Of a stretch of 64,000 nucleotides of DNA, positions 47,401 through 63,191 are shown piece by piece. The first letter of the stretch is position 1, and every line of letters starts with the position of its first letter. Both the position numbers and the translations under genes were made by a program. The stretch comes from the human T2T-CHM13v2.0 reference genome, Homo sapiens: assembly GCF_009914755.1 (NCBI RefSeq), contig NC_060937.1; one strand, 5' to 3'. The notes beneath the pieces are model-generated. The model was not told where the DNA came from and did not search any database. It saw only the letters and a program-made list of their open reading frames with translations.

Positions 47401-50119
47401 CCAAAATGTAGGCAAAGATTTGACCAGACACTTTACAAAAGATATAAAGATGATAAATAAACACAGAAATAGATGCCTAACATCTTTAGTCACTAGGAAA
47501 TGCAATTTAAAATCACTGTGAGATACTACTACATAACTATTTTAATGGTTAAAATTCAAAAGTCTGACCACACCAAGAGCTGGCAAGAATATGGAGGAAC
47601 TGGAACTCTGATACACTGCTGGTGGAAATGTAAAATGATACAACCACTGTGGAAAACAGAATGGCATTTCTTAAAAAGTTAAACATCTACCGCATGATGC
47701 AGGTATTTACACAAGAAAAAAGAAAGCCTATGTCCATACAAAGACTTGTACATCAATGTTGAGAGCAGCTTTATTTCTAAGAGCCTATAACAACCCAAAT
47801 GTCTACCAACATGTGGATATAGAAACAAATTGTAATATATCCATACAATGGAATACCACTTAGAAAGAAAAAAACTCAAAATCATTATGCTGAGTGATAA
47901 AAGCTAGACAGAAAAGTATATATGTTGTATGACTCCATTTATATAAAATTCTAGAAAATCCGAATAAATCTACAAAGCAGATTAATGATTCCTAGGCAAT
48001 GGAGGAACCAGGAAACATTACAAAGAGGCACAAGTAAGCTTTTTGGGGAGATAAATTTATTTGATCAGTATTTTGATTATAGTAATGTTTCCTGGTTATA
48101 TACATATGTAAAAACATCAAATTATACATTCTAAATATGTGCAGTGTATTGCATGTCAGTTATACCTAATAATACTGTTTTTAAAAATTAGAATTACATA
48201 TATTATTAATAGTGTCTATTTAGGCTTATGGACAATTTTGGTTTTATCTTTTGTGTTTTTCAATGTTTTCCAAGTTTTTATGTTGATTATGTTTTATATT
48301 TGTAATAGGAACAAAAATTTATACTTCTTATGTTTTGAAAAACCATACTGCAAAGTAATAACAGCCATACTGGAAGCAAAGAACTGACATGCACGAAAGG
48401 AGCAATATGATTGGTGACATACCTCAGGGTAGTGTGGCTGGTCAAGAGATCACAATTTAATATCCAAAGTTCAACTTGCAGCTCAGCTTCCTAAAGTGCT
48501 TATGTATTAGGCATTGCTAAATTATAATTTGCTGAAGGCACCTTTGTTAGGCTTAGTATAGCTAGTCATATTTATGACAATGACAACCACAAACATAAAA
48601 TAAAACCAAGGAATGAACTTTTGTTATGAGCACATCTCAAAAGAACCAAGAATTTTCAGGTCCTATAAAATGAGTCCAAATTTCTTAAACATAAAGCATG
48701 AACTTATTTTTGTGGGTCAGGTCATAGAAAAAGCGGTTAGAACTTATAATAGATGTATATGTTAATAAAAGTTGCATTTAAACATGAGGTTTTTATTAGC
48801 TATTTTAAAAATTACAAATGTAGTACATACTTACTATAATTTTAAAAATTCAAAAATGTAAAAAGAAAAATATATAAATGGTCTTTTTCAAGCACCACTC
48901 CTAACCCAATGCCCTACAAGGAAGTCAAAGTTAAGAGCCTGCAGTGCTCCTCCCACACTTCTCTCTAAACACAGACAGACATGTAATAGACCTATAAAGG
49001 TGCTTCAAATTGTTCGAGGTTTTTTTTTTTTTAACAATAGTGGTATCATATCTTATATGACACTCTGAAATCTGTACTATTTTGCTTAACTATAACACTC
49101 TCTAGGTACAAAGATGTAAGTCTAATTTATTCTTTTTTAATAGCCACAGAAGATTCCATAATGTGGGTATACAATAATTTATTCAACGGCTCCTCCACTG
49201 ATAGACTCAGGTTGCTTCTACTTTCTATCTCTACCACAAACACCAAAATGCTGTAATACATAATATGTACATTTATCCTTTTTTAGGTACTGATTTTTTC
49301 ATAATGGATAAAGCATAAAAAAGAAATGTCAGAAGATGTACTTTTTATTTTAATCACTACTCCAATATTACTTTCTAAAGAAGTCATATGAACTCATATT
49401 TCTCCCAGCAATGTATGAAAATGCCATTTCCCTGAAACTATATAGGTATTGGACATTACGATATTTTTTAATTTTGGCCCAAGTGATGTATGAAAGTTTG
49501 CTATCTTGCTATATAATTTCCATCTCTCTAGCTATTAAGCAGGGTTAGAACACACGTTCACATGTTTATTGTTCATTTGAATTTCCTCTTTTATGTTGTG
49601 CCTGTTTAAATCCTTCATTTATTTTCTATTGGATCACATGGTTTTTCTCATCAATTTACATGAGATACTTGTATATTAAGTGAGTTATTTCTCTATCATT
49701 TGTGTTATATAGGCATTAAAAATGTGATTTTTAAGTTAAGGGTTTACTATTTGAATTCATTTTCTCATTTAAACAATGTCTTTAATGGTGACTAAATTGC
49801 CACATGGATCCACAGAAGCCTATTTAGCACATTACATAGCTCGAAAATTGTACATCTGGGAGTAGAGGGCATTGGGGAGATGTTGGTTGAAGGATACAAA
49901 ATTTCAGCTAGGAGAAATAACTTCAGAAGATCTATTGTACAATATAGTGACTATAGTTATTAACAATGTATTGCATACTTGAAAATGGCTAAGAGAATAG
50001 ATTTTAAATGTTCTCACCACAAAAAAGATAACTATGTGAGGTAACAGACATGTTAATTAGCTTGATTTAGCCCTTCCATAATATATACATATATCAAAAC
50101 ATTTTGTACACCATAAATA

Positions 50120-51018
50120 CAGTCATGCACCACATAATGACGTTCCAGGCAATGATGGATTGCATATTAGATGATGGTCCCATAAGATTATACTGGAATT
50201 GAAGCATTCCTATCACCTAGTGATGTCATAGTGTCATAACACTGTAGTTAATGCATTACCTTTTCAATGTTTCAATACACAAACACTTACCATTGTGTAA
50301 CAATTGTGTTACAACTGTCTACAGTATTCAGTACAGTAACATGCTGTATAGGTTTGTACCCTAGGAACAATAGGCTGTACCATATAGCCTAGGTGTTTAG
50401 TAGGCTATACCAGCAGTCACCAACCTTTTTGATACCAGGGAAGATAATTTTTCCACAGACTGGGGGGAGGGAAATGGTTTCAGGATGATTCAAATGCATT
50501 ACATTTATTGTGCACTTTATTTCTCTTATTATTACATTGCAATATATAATTAAATAATTATACAACTCACCATAATGTAGAATCAGTGGGAGCTCTGAGC
50601 TTGTTTTCTTGCAACTAGACAGTCCCATCTGGGGGTGATGGGAGACAGTGAGAGATCGTCAGGCATTAGGTTCTCATAAGGAGCGCACAACCTAGATCCA
50701 TTGTATGCACAGTTACCAGTAGGGTTTGTCCTCCTATAAGAATCTAATGTCACCACTGATCTGACAGGAGGCGGATCTCAGGTGGTAATGCCAGCAAGGT
50801 GGGGCAGCTGTAAATACAGATGAAGCTTTGCTCGCTTGCCTGCTGCTCACGTCCTGTTGTGCAGCCTTGTTTCTAATAGGCCACAGACCAGTACTGGACC
50901 CATCAGTTATACCATGTAGGTTTGTGTAAGTACACACTGTGATGTTACAAGGATCAATGAAATCACTTAATGATGCATTTCTCAGAAGACAACCCTGTCA
51001 TTAAACAACACATAACTG
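50120..51018 (+). mobile_element. Tigger3/MER7 MITE interrupted by MER1A
   Basis: TA|cagtcatgcaccacataatgacg ... cacataactg|TA; ggtcccataagattata. Confidence 0.82.
50411..50904 (-). mobile_element. MER1A (hAT-Charlie)
   Basis: cagcagtcaccaaccttttt terminus; reverse MER1A body; 8-bp TSD-like ggctatac/agttatac. Confidence 0.85.
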
Positions 51019-51135
51019 TATATACAGTTTTTGTCAATTAAAAAATAAATTAATTTTTAAAATTATACATCTGCAATGAAAGTTGCAGAAAGCAACAAGA
51101 GGAATTAAGCAGAAAATAAAAAGTAATAAAATGCA

Positions 51136-51562
<427 letters not shown>

Positions 51563-51626
51563 TCAAGGGCTTTAAACGTTGATGAGCCTCTTCCTTTTAA
51601 GGACTCTATTCTTAAAAATACATCTA

Positions 51627-51915
51627 GGCCAGGTGCAGTGGCTCACGCCTGCAATCCCAACACTTTGGGAGGCCAAGGCAGGCAGATCATGAGGTCAGGA
51701 GTTTGAGACCAGCCTGGCCAACATGGTAAAACCCCGTCTCTACTAAAAATACAAAAATTAGCCAGGCGTAGTGGCACGTGCCTGTAGTCCCAGCTACTCA
51801 GGAGGCTGAGGCAGGAGGATCGCTTGAACCCAGGAAGCAGAGGTTGCAGTGAGCCAAGATTGCGCCACTGCACTCCAGCCTGAGTGACAGAGTGAGACTG
51901 CGTCTCAAAAAAAAA
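51627..51915 (+). mobile_element. Alu (AluSg-like)
   Basis: Dimer plus tail; TSD aaaaatacatcta. Confidence 0.95.
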
Positions 51916-54900
51916 AAAAATACATCTAAAGAAATCTCAAAGAAAATTCTTTCATAATGAGAGGCAATTAATCCAACTATTGAAAATAAGGCAGATCTTC
52001 AGTAGTGGCAGCCCTGCATCTTTGATTTTTTCCCAAGCTCTAACTCTATTAAGTAAGGGACTCTTAGGTAACACTTTCCCAGTGAAGTTTTGTGTAATTT
52101 TTGTCACTAATTCACTAAAATTGACAAATAGCTGCAATGATGTTCTATATTATCTATATTTACACAAAAATCAGTTTTTCCATGCTATCATTTATGACAC
52201 TGATGAATTTCTCAAACCTCAAAATTATTTACAAACTAAAGGAAAAAATTCTCTCCTCCTGTGGATTTTATGTCAAAACTCACCATTTAAAAGCACAATG
52301 TTGTAATTCTTACAGAAATCTTTGTGGGCCCTAATTGCTTGGATAAGAGTTCAGTGTGTCCAGTAAACCTTAAATGGCCTCATGTATAATTGGTCTACCA
52401 ACTGCAACAAGATTATGTAAGCAAGCAGAAATATAACTCTGAGGTCAGGTTGAAAGTTATCTATTGAAAACTTGCTATGCTGGAGCACAACCTCGTGAGG
52501 CAAACCCTGGAAGAAATACCATTTTTGATACACTATAGTTTAACTTCAAGCACAAAAGCATGAAAGAATCCCTTTTTGAAAACTGCCAAATTCATCTAAG
52601 CCTTAAGATTCCGTTTTCACATAGAAAAGTAAAAAAGCATTTATCCACTTCAACACTTACAGGTGAGAGACTTGGGACTAAGATGATAAATGGAAGTTAT
52701 AATGATCAAGGCAGGAGGTAACAAGACCTAGATCATAAAAAAAAAAACTGAAGAGTAATCCAACTCTCATGTCTATGATGTGCCAGATGCTAGATGCTGC
52801 ACTGGGGAAGATGTCCTGCTGTGCCCAATGCTGTGCCCAATGCTGTGAAGACAGAAGCAATTCAAAAGAGAAGTTGACAGCTGCCTGTAGACTATACATA
52901 TTTATTATTTCAGGTGGTCAATGAATTAAGAAATTTTACTTTGATGAGATAATACTGCTTTTGTGTAGTTTTGCATTGAAGTTTAGATTTCCAGCTAAGA
53001 ATATTTCTAGTCTTAAGCATCAGCCACTTAGCAGGATTTCTACCATTCTATTAAATTTTAAATATGAATATCAGTTCATATTTCAACATTGTGATTTTTA
53101 TTATTTCTTCATTACTGTAAGATAATAGTGATTCTCCGTGCTCTAAACAATAAATTTGATAAAGATAGAAATAAAATAGCACTGTCATGCCTCAAGTAAT
53201 TCAGTATTTTTCAATAATCTTTCACACTTTTAAATTCCAAAAGAATTTTCTAACACACTGTTCTTCTCATTCCAGGACTTATTCTCAGGAAAATCAAGAG
53301 TAGCTAGTAAATAGCTAGAGACATCGTAGCAGACTGTAAAAGGAAAACCAAACTGAAGTCAGGAAATCTGGGCTTTGCTACTAATTAATCAGTCTTCTGA
53401 CCTCCTTCTCTGGTCCTACTTTCCTGGCTATGAACTGAAAGTTTCAGAGAGGATAATAATTGCTGAAGTCCCTTTCTTCAATGTCTATCATTTTATGTTT
53501 CACTTGAAAAGTGAAAGTCTATCATTTTATGTTTCACTTGAAAATATTAAATATCTAAAAAGCAATAATCTTTTTAGAATTAGGTAAATCAAAGCATAAA
53601 TACAGGAAGAAAAGTAAGAGGGTATCAAACTTCAACAAAACACCATTGCCAAAGTACTTTAAAATACTTTTTAAACTTCAAAACAGAAAAAAAAAAAGTC
53701 CATCAAAATTCTCTCATAATCCAAAGCCATAATCTCTAATCAATCAAGCAACAGCCACAGTGAAGCCAAAGAACTATAATTCACTCATTTTGGAAACAGT
53801 CCCTGAGAGAGGAAGAAAAAGTTCAACAAATACAATATTTGAAAACAATACAGTAAATGAATGCACAAAAACATGTATTATGCAAGACAATTTATCTGTC
53901 TAATCAATATGTAGCAACTGCATAATGCATATGTGGCTAAAGATTTTAGTTGATGTAGCTCAGTCACTTCTCTTATTTCAAGTTCATCAACTCCTTAGCC
54001 GAATTTTTCTTACAAATGGACACAGTTGCTCATAAGATTAGTAGAAACAATGCAACAATTTACTACTGGATAAAATATATGGTACCATCATCATCTTGAT
54101 GTACAAAGGTTAATAGATGAGGAATACTTATATTGTGATTATGGTAGGAATAATGATGAATGAATAGCAAGAAAAGAAAATGCAAATTGGGTCTACAGGC
54201 TATCCAAATGCTTTCAATATTAACTCTTCAGGTAAATTTCAAAGAGCAAGCTACTAATAACAAAAAACAAACAAAAAGTTTTGATTACCTAGAGGGTGAA
54301 TGAAAACTATAATAAAAGTATGTAAACAAGAAAATGTGGTGATTTTTGGAGGTTTTTTGATGACTTGCTCTCAGCCAGTCACTGTATTGCTCCTCAGTCA
54401 TTTGCAAAATACTAAAATACATTCACTCAAAGCCTATGCTTTTAAAGTGTGTATTATTGCTACGATCTATTAAATCCTTAAAGCTAATATAGATAATACA
54501 GTGAATTCTCTCACTTAAGAAGATTCCCAATATAATTAAGCATTTGTGACTATGACAAGTACTTCAGCTGACCCCAGATATAATACGGCACCTTAGAAGC
54601 TAAAAGAAGGAATGACTAATGCTATCCTCTGTTGAACGCTATCAGGCAATGACAATGCTTCACGTCTAAGTGAGACTGAAAATGCCAACATTCTTGCTAC
54701 ACTGCAAACACAGTATATTTGATCTCTGAAGGAAACTGAAGCTTATTTGAAAAGCCTACGGCCATTTGTAATCCTGCAAACAACCTAAATTAAAAATCAA
54801 ATTTAGATGAAATGCATACAGAATTTATTTATTAAGAACAAGACTAAATGAAGACTAAAATATTTTTAGCATATCTCTTCAGCATAATCATAGCAGCCCC

Positions 54901-57076
54901 TAGTAATCCCCATACTCAACAGTGTCACAGGCACAGAATAATGGAAAACGAAAAGGAACAAGAACCAAACCACATTTATTGAGCACTAAGCACCAGGCAG
55001 TATCCTACACATTTCATATATGCTATTTGATTTAATCATTATAATATATCTGTGAAGTTGAAACAATCACCCCTATACAGTCAAGGAGGCTCAGAGCAGT
55101 GAAATAACCTGCAGAAACTGGCACTGCTAGAAAGTAGTACAGCCAAAATTTTAAACATTAATTTCCACCCCAGCAATCATTTTCCTACAGAACTCAAATT
55201 ACATAAAAGTTTTCCTATTGTCTGTCAAGATTGGATATTATCCCTTGCCTCTCAAGTTTAATGTAAAACATTAGCTACACTCATAATAAGAGAAGACCCA
55301 GAAAGCAGGAAAAGTGCCCTTTTCCCCCCAATTATCATGTGCCCATGGCATGTAAGTTATTATACATCTATTTTGTTAATTTTTCTCCAGACAAGTGTAA
55401 CAACTTGGTGAAGAATTTATGTCATTAGTCTTACCTCTGGAAAAGAAAACCTATTAAAATAACACACTTAGGCATAACCATTAAATAATGAATATTAAAA
55501 ATAAATATTCCCAACTCCCACTTCCAGTTAGGATGAAATGAGTTGCAAGAGAATTTTATTTCCAAACTAACAACCAGAATAAACCAGCTAATCTATAAAA
55601 ATCACAGTTTTCTAAAACTCATCACACAGCTAACAAAACAAAGAAGCCTACATGAACTAAATTCTAGAAAAGACTGAGCCTTTTCAAGGAAAGAATAGAC
55701 CCGCAGCTAACTTTCACCCCTGGTAGAATGGCAGGAGGAGAAACAATCTGCATAGATGTGTCAGGAGAAACAAACTGAACTTTCAGCAAACTTATGATGG
55801 CCACGCATGGGCAGACATAATGTACCGAGAAGTCCTAGCCACATAGAAAACCTGCATCCACCCACCTACTCCTTCCCAACAGTCCTTACAAGTACACAGG
55901 GATGTACACTACAGACCAAATACAGGGCAGGAGCTGAGACATATTCCTCCTGAAGCATGCTGGACCTTTCCCTAGTGCAAGGCAACATCCCACTAAAAGG
56001 CCAGTGGTAGGAGAGAAGAGGTGACAGAGATTCCTCCTAGGCACTCCAGGTCTTTATCCAGTGCAAGACAGCAGTTCCTTAAGGATGGTACTGGGGCCAG
56101 ATAGCTGAGATAAATCCCTCAGAAGCACTCTCCACCTTCACTGAAGTGGCCTCTGGAGGCTGAGGGCAGTACAACAAGACAAGAGACAGCTGAGTTGCAG
56201 CAAGCAGAATATAAGACTGAATAGCAAAGAGAATTCCCCAGCATTCCAAAAATCTGGCAGCTATACAGCAAAGAGATTTTCACAGACCTCTTTGGCCCCA
56301 GGTTTGCCACAGTTTGTGAAGCTGGTGTTAGAAGAGGAACTAAAATAAAAATAAATAAAAATTAATGCTTGGAAATCAATGAAATAACAAATGGACAAGC
56401 AAGAGAAAAAAATCAATAGTCAAAAGCTGTTTCCTTGAAAAGTTATTAGCACTGATAAACCCATAGTAAGACTAATTAAAAAGAAAAGGAAAAAACACAA
56501 ATACAAATTTCCAGTATCAAGAACAAAATAGAGAATTATCACTATAGATTCTACAGATATCACTAATCACTACAGATTCTCAGATATTTAACTAATAAAG
56601 GCTATATTATGAAAAAATGGTGCTGATGAATTTAGAAGCAGAGATGTAATAGACCTATCCTTTTAAAACAAAGCAGAATTATAAAATTCTTAGGAAAAAA
56701 ACACAGAATGTCTTTACAGTCTTGGTGTAGGCCAAGATTTCTGACACAATGAGCACTAACTTTAAAAAATAAATAATCAATAAATTATGTGTAATCAAAC
56801 TTTCTGCCAACCAAAAGATATCAATGAGAAAATGACTAAGCAAATAGATTGAGAAAAAGTATTCATAATACTTATACATGACAAAGTACTTGGATCCATA
56901 ATACATAAAAAACTTTTGCAACTCAATAATAAAAAGGCAGACAACTCAATTTTTTTAGTGGGCAACTGACTTTAATATATACTTCACAAAAGTAGAAATA
57001 CAAAGGGCCAATAAGCACAGAAAAATATCTTGAACATCACTGTTCATCAGAGAAATGCAAACTTACACCACAGTGA

Positions 57077-57453
<377 letters not shown>

Positions 57454-57619
57454 TCATTCCTTCTTAAAAAAACAATAATAATGGCATAAATTGTCAAACT
57501 CAACTTCTTTAGAACTCTGGAAATCAAAAAGTTTTCAACAATCTCATGAGCATTTATGTAAGAAAAGGGGTTAATTCGCCCTAACCCCATCCCCATGTCC
57601 CTAGCTCTGTGATTGTTTT

Positions 57620-57857
57620 TCTTTTCTTTTTTCTTTTATTGAGACAGGGTCTCACTCTGTTGTTCAAGCAGGAGGCATGCAGTTGCACAATCATGGCTCA
57701 CTGCAGCCTCAACCACAATAAAAAACAATATTTTATTTTTTACAGAAACAGGGTTTTAGTGTCTCACTATGTTGCCCAAGCTGGTCTCAAACTCCTGGCC
57801 TCAAGCGATCATCCCACCTTAGCCTCCCAAAGTGCTAGGATTACAGGCGTGAGCCCA
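57620..57857 (-). mobile_element. AluJ-like, internally deleted
   Basis: Reverse Alu arms with most of the right arm missing; TSD attgtttt. Confidence 0.85.
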
Positions 57858-60038
57858 ATTGTTTTACAACAAACTGTCCATAATCATGGTGAAAACCAGC
57901 AGCCTGGAAGTCACTGAAGTGAACAGAACTATACAGAAGCTCCTCAAAAGCCTCAATCCCAAAAAATTATCCCTACTTGACCTGTCTGGCAGCTCCCTGA
58001 AATGCTCCATTTTTAGAATTTGTCTTTATTTGATGTACTCAGAGCTACTGTATGCAAACAGCACTAACTCGGGGCATTTGTCAAAAAAAATCAACAATTG
58101 TTTAACATCACAGCTGCCTGAGGCAGCAAAACCAGTTGGAGCTAACAAGAGGACAACCAAAAAACTTTAAAGACAGAAACAAAAACTGAAAATGAGATGT
58201 TTGCAGAAGGCTTTGAAAAGCTTCAGTGTATGCCTAAGAATCTGGAAGGCCATGCATATATTCAGGAAAATCCTGAGAAGGGCCTAATCTCTCTCTCACC
58301 TTCCGCTAATCTTGAGGGTCCACACAAGCAGAAAGAAAAGGTTGAGACACAACTGTAAGCTACCTATGGAGCACTGAAGTCATGTCCAACTTGCACACAC
58401 AGACTCTCAGCAAAAGCCAAGAGACTTATTGATTCAAGGCATTAAAGAAATCTCCGTTCAAACATTAGCTGACCACTAAGCTAACAAGGCATGACAAAGA
58501 ACACAGACTTTAAAGAAATAGACTAGGAACATCACTAAAAAAAAAAACAGCAACACAAGGAGCAACCACAAAGCCTGGGAAGGAGAGATTATACTATTTA
58601 AAATGTCTACTTTCAGTAACAACAAAATTATAAGAAATTAAGAAATAGGAGAGTATGGCTCATACATACAGAAAAAAGGAGTCAATAAAAACTATCTCTG
58701 AGTAAACCAGACATTTGACTAAGTAGAAAAACACTTTAAATCAGCTACCACAAATACATTCAAAGAATTAAAAGAAATCATGTCTAAAGAAGTATGACAA
58801 CAACGTCTCATGAAACAGAGTACCAATAAAGAGAAATTATAAAACAAGATCCAAATAAAAATTCTGAACTTGAAAACTCTGATTAAATTAACCAGAGGGG
58901 CTCAACAACAGATGTGAGCAGGCAGAGGAAAGAATCAGCAAACTTGAAGATTAGTCAGTTGAGATGATCCAATCTAAGGAACAGAAAGAAGAAATTATAA
59001 AGAAAAATGAACTGAGTCTCACAGACTTGTGGGGCACCATCAAATCTATCAAATATAATGGGAGTCCTCGAAGGAGAGAGAAAAAAGAGAATAAATAAAT
59101 AATAATGAAAAATAATAGCCAAAATTTTGCCAACTTCGATGAAAAACATTAATTTCCACATCCCATCCAAGAAGCTCAACAAACTCAAAACAAGGTAAAT
59201 TCAAAGAAATCTGCACTTAGACACATCCACAGTCAAACTATCAAAAAGCTGAAGAGAGAATCTTGATAGCAGAGAAAAACTGACTTATCATATAAAAAGG
59301 ATCCTTGTTAAGATTGATAACTGACTTCTTTTCAAAATCTAGGAAGTCCACAAACAGTAAGAAGACATATTCAAAGTGCTGAAAAAAAAAAACCTGTCAA
59401 CCAAGAATTCTATTTCCAGTAAAATTATCCTTCAAAATACAAAGGAGAAATGAAGACATTTCCAAATTTAAAAAAAAAAAAGTGATAATTCACCACTAGC
59501 AAACCTGCCATCTAGAAGATACTTACTAAAGGGCATCCTTCCTTTAAGCTGAAATGAAAGCACACTAGACAGTAACTCAAATCCACATGAAGAAATAAAG
59601 ATTATCAGTAAAGGGAACTACATAGATAAATAATAATGACAACGTAAGCCTATTTTTGTTTGTAACTCTTTTCTTCTACCTGATTTTAAAAACTTCATAA
59701 AGCAATAATTATAAAACTGTGCTGATAAACTTTTAATGTATAAAGATATAGTTTGTATGACAATAATAGCACTGAGGAGCTGGAAGGGAACAGAGCTACA
59801 TTGGAGTAGTTTATATACTATTGAAACTAAGTTACCATTAATCTAAACAAGATTGTTTTAGGTTAAAGTGTTAATTAGAATCCCTAGGATGACCACTAAC
59901 AAAATAATTAAAAAAAAAAAAAGAGTAGTAAAAGAAAAAGTGGGCCAGAGTGGAAAGGACAGATTGCAGAGGCATTTAGGGGGTAGAGTCAATGGAACCT
60001 TGGGTTAGATGAAAGTGACATATTCTCCCTCAAGAAGC

Positions 60039-60503
60039 TGACAAAGATTCTCTTCTTGCCCAAACTTTAGTCAGGTTTCTAAACCTTTTCCTAGACACAC
60101 CTGTGTACTTCCTTGTAAAATCCAGTTGTAGCAAAAGAACGCCATTAAAACAATTTATCCAGAACCCGCCCATCCTCATAATCTAATCACCCTTGATAGC
60201 TGATCAGAGTCCTCATCTTCTACAATCCCCCAGGTGATGTCTGATCACCCCAGCCTGTCGTCAGCAAGAATTTTGTTAGGTTGGCTTAGCCAGAATCTCC
60301 CTTAACCCTGACATTTCCTCTTAACAATTTTCTATCCACCAACTCCCACACTGTTCCTTGGCTATAAACTACCACTTGCCCATGCTGCATTGGGGGTTGA
60401 GCCCAGTCTTTCTCCCCCACTGCAAGACTCATAGTGACAGTCCTGAATAAAGTCTTCCTTACCCGGCTTTAACACATATCATTGATTTATTTTTTCTTTA
60501 ACA
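60039..60503 (+). mobile_element. Solo ERV1 LTR, MER31-like
   Basis: TG...CA termini (tgacaaagattctc ... ctttaaca); TATA (ctataaa) and aataaa present; 4-bp TSD-like aagc/gagc. Confidence 0.8.
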
Positions 60504-60729
60504 GAGCACATAGTCTAGTGGAAGAATCTGAAGAGTGAACAAAAAGCTATTCTATATCATGACCAATGACTGGAACAAAGAATAGGAGAGGAGAGTGGCA
60601 TGAGATGAGACTAAGATTAGATCAAGAAATTAATAGCTAAGGATGGACCTTTGTTCCCAAAATACTAAAAACTCATTTAAAGAATTTTGAGAAAAGAAGT
60701 GACATGATTTTGGGCAAATAATGATTGCA

Positions 60730-61800
60730 AGTCATTAGGGAAATACAAATCAGGACCACAATGAGATGTCACTTCACATGTCTGACTATGGCTGTAATAA
60801 AAAAGACAAACAATAACAAGTGTTAGTGAGGATGTGGAAAAACTAGAATCCTCACACATTGCTAGTTAGAATGTAACATGGTGTAGGTGATTTGAAAACC
60901 ATATTGGTGGTCGGGCGCAGTGGCTCATGCCAGTAAACCCAGCACTTTGGGAGGCTGAGGTGGGCGGATCACATGAGGACAGGAGTTTGAGACCAGCCTG
61001 ATCAATGTGGTGAAACCCCATCTCTACCAAAAAATACAAAAATTGCTGGGGATGGTAACCTGCACCTATAGTCCCAGCTGCTGGAGAGGCTGAGGACCTG
61101 GAGGTTGAACCTGGGAGGGGGAGGTTGCAGTGAGCCGACATTGCACCACTGCACCCCAGCCTGGGCCACAAAGTGAGACCCTGTCTCAAAAAAAAAAAAA
61201 AAAAAAAAACAAAACAAAACATTTTGGTAATTCCTTGAAATGTTAAACATAGAGTTACCATGTGACCTAGCAATTTATCTTCTAGGTAAAACCCAAGAAA
61301 GTTGAAAATATGTCCATATAAAAACTTGCATATGGATGCTTGGAGTGGCAATATTCACAATAGTCCGAAAGTGGAAACAATCCAAATGTCCATCAACTGA
61401 TGAAAGGATAAGCAAAATGTGGAATATCCACACAATGGAATATAATTTAGCCATAAAAAGCAATGAACTACAGCATCAATAAACCTTGAAAACATTATGC
61501 TAAGATAAGCAAGATACAATGGCTACATATCCCATGTATATAAAATGTCCAAAATAGACAAATCTATAGAAACAGAAAGTATATTAGTAGTTGCTAAATG
61601 CTGGGAGGGTGGTGGGGGAGAGAGAAGAAAGAAAATGGGAAATAACTATTAATGAGTATAAAGTTTCTTCATGGAGTGATGAAAACGTTAGATAACAGTA
61701 TGGTTGTACAACTCTGAATAAACTAAAATTACTGAATTGTACAATATGGAAAGGTGAACTTTATGGTATATGAATTATATCTCAATAAAACTGTTATAAA
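60730..61800 (+). mobile_element. L1MB-like 3' fragment containing an Alu
   Basis: accacaatgagatgtcacttcac...aaacatagagttaccatgtgacc...gaattatatctcaataaaactgtt. Confidence 0.75.
60909..61221 (+). mobile_element. Alu (AluJ-like)
   Basis: Diverged dimer with A/CAAAA tail. Confidence 0.92.
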
Positions 61801-62448
61801 CCAAAAACCATGATGAGTTACTTTTTCACACCTGGTAGACTAAGATTAAAAAGACTATGCTGACAAGGATGTAGAACATCACTGTCGGTCAAAGGTAAAA
61901 TGGTACAACTGCTTTGGAGAATTGTTTGGCAGTGAGTTAAAAAGTTAAACAGGCATCTATAGTATGACATATCAACTCAACTCCTAGATTTTTACTCAAC
62001 AGAAGTAAAAACTGATAACTACAAGAATTGTACAGGAATGTTCACAGCAGGCTTCAAATGAAAGCCATCCAAATGTCTATCAATAGGAGAATGGATAAAC
62101 AAACTGTGGTATGTTTATACAATGGAACATTATTCAGGAATTAAAAACAAACTGATAGGTACAGCAACATAGATGAATCTCAAATTAATGCTCTTCATGA
62201 GAAAAAAAATACATACACACATACAACCATACCATGTGACTCTATTTATATATAGCTAAAGAACAAGCAAAACTAATCTACCATCATAAAAAAAAAAAAA
62301 AAAAAAAAAAAAGAACAGTGATTTCCAGGGCAGGGTAAAGGGGTAGGAACACAAGAGAACATTTGGGATGATTAATGTAATCTTGGTGGTTATACAGGTT
62401 TATAAAATTGTCAAAACCAACCAAAATAAATACTTAAGATCTGTGCAT

Positions 62449-62892
62449 CTGTTCACGATAGCAAAGACTTGGAACCAACCCAAATGCCCATCAATGATAG
62501 ACTGGATAAAGAAAATGTGGCACCTATACACCATGGAATACTATGTAGCCATAAAAAATGATGAGTTCATGTCCTTTGCAGGGACATGGATGAAACTGGA
62601 AACCATCATTCTCAGAAAACTAACACAGGTACAGAAAACCAAACACTGTATGTTCTCACTCATAAGTGGGAGTTGAACAATGAGAACACATGGACACAGG
62701 GAGGGGAACAACACACACTGGGGCCTGTCAGGGGGTAGGGGGCTAGGGGAGGAATAGCATTAGGAGAAGTATCTAATGTAGATGACCGGTTGATGGGTGC
62801 AGCAAACCACCATGGCACGTGTATACCTATGTAACAAACCTGCGTGTACTGCACATGTGTCCCAGGGCTTAAAGTATAATTAAAAAAAAAAA
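62449..62892 (+). mobile_element. 5'-truncated L1PA (about L1PA7) 3' end
   Basis: FTIAKTWNQPKCPSMIDWIKK ORF2 end plus 3'UTR and poly(A); TSD aag(a/t)tctgtgcat at 62436-62448 and 62893-62905. Confidence 0.92.
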
Positions 62893-63191
62893 AAGTTCTG
62901 TGCATTATATGTAAATCTTATTCCAGGTAAAAAAGAAACAGTAGGATGTGAGAAAAATAAATGTTTCTACTGAAATATTGATGGGTGAAGTAATAGGATG
63001 TCTGGGATAGGTTTTAAATACTCCAGAACAAAAATCAGTTAAAAGAAGATTGGCATAATATTGATAAATGTTGAAGCTGGATGATAAAATCATTAGGTTT
63101 ATACTATTCTCTCTAGCTTTAAATAACTTTGAAAATTCCTATAATGAAAAGTTAAAAGTTATTCATTCATATATTAATAAATATTTCTTAC

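Larger units (their letters stand above)
49860..51060 (+). mobile_element. L1MA 3'-end fragment interrupted by Tigger3
   Basis: aaggatacaaaatttcagct...gatctattgtac...taactatgtgaggtaac; resumes after 51018 (tatacagtttttgtcaattaaaaaataaa). Confidence 0.75.

Noticed and set aside
52817-52847. 12-bp tandem repeat tgctgtgcccaa x2.5
   Set aside because: Trivial slippage repeat with no supporting context
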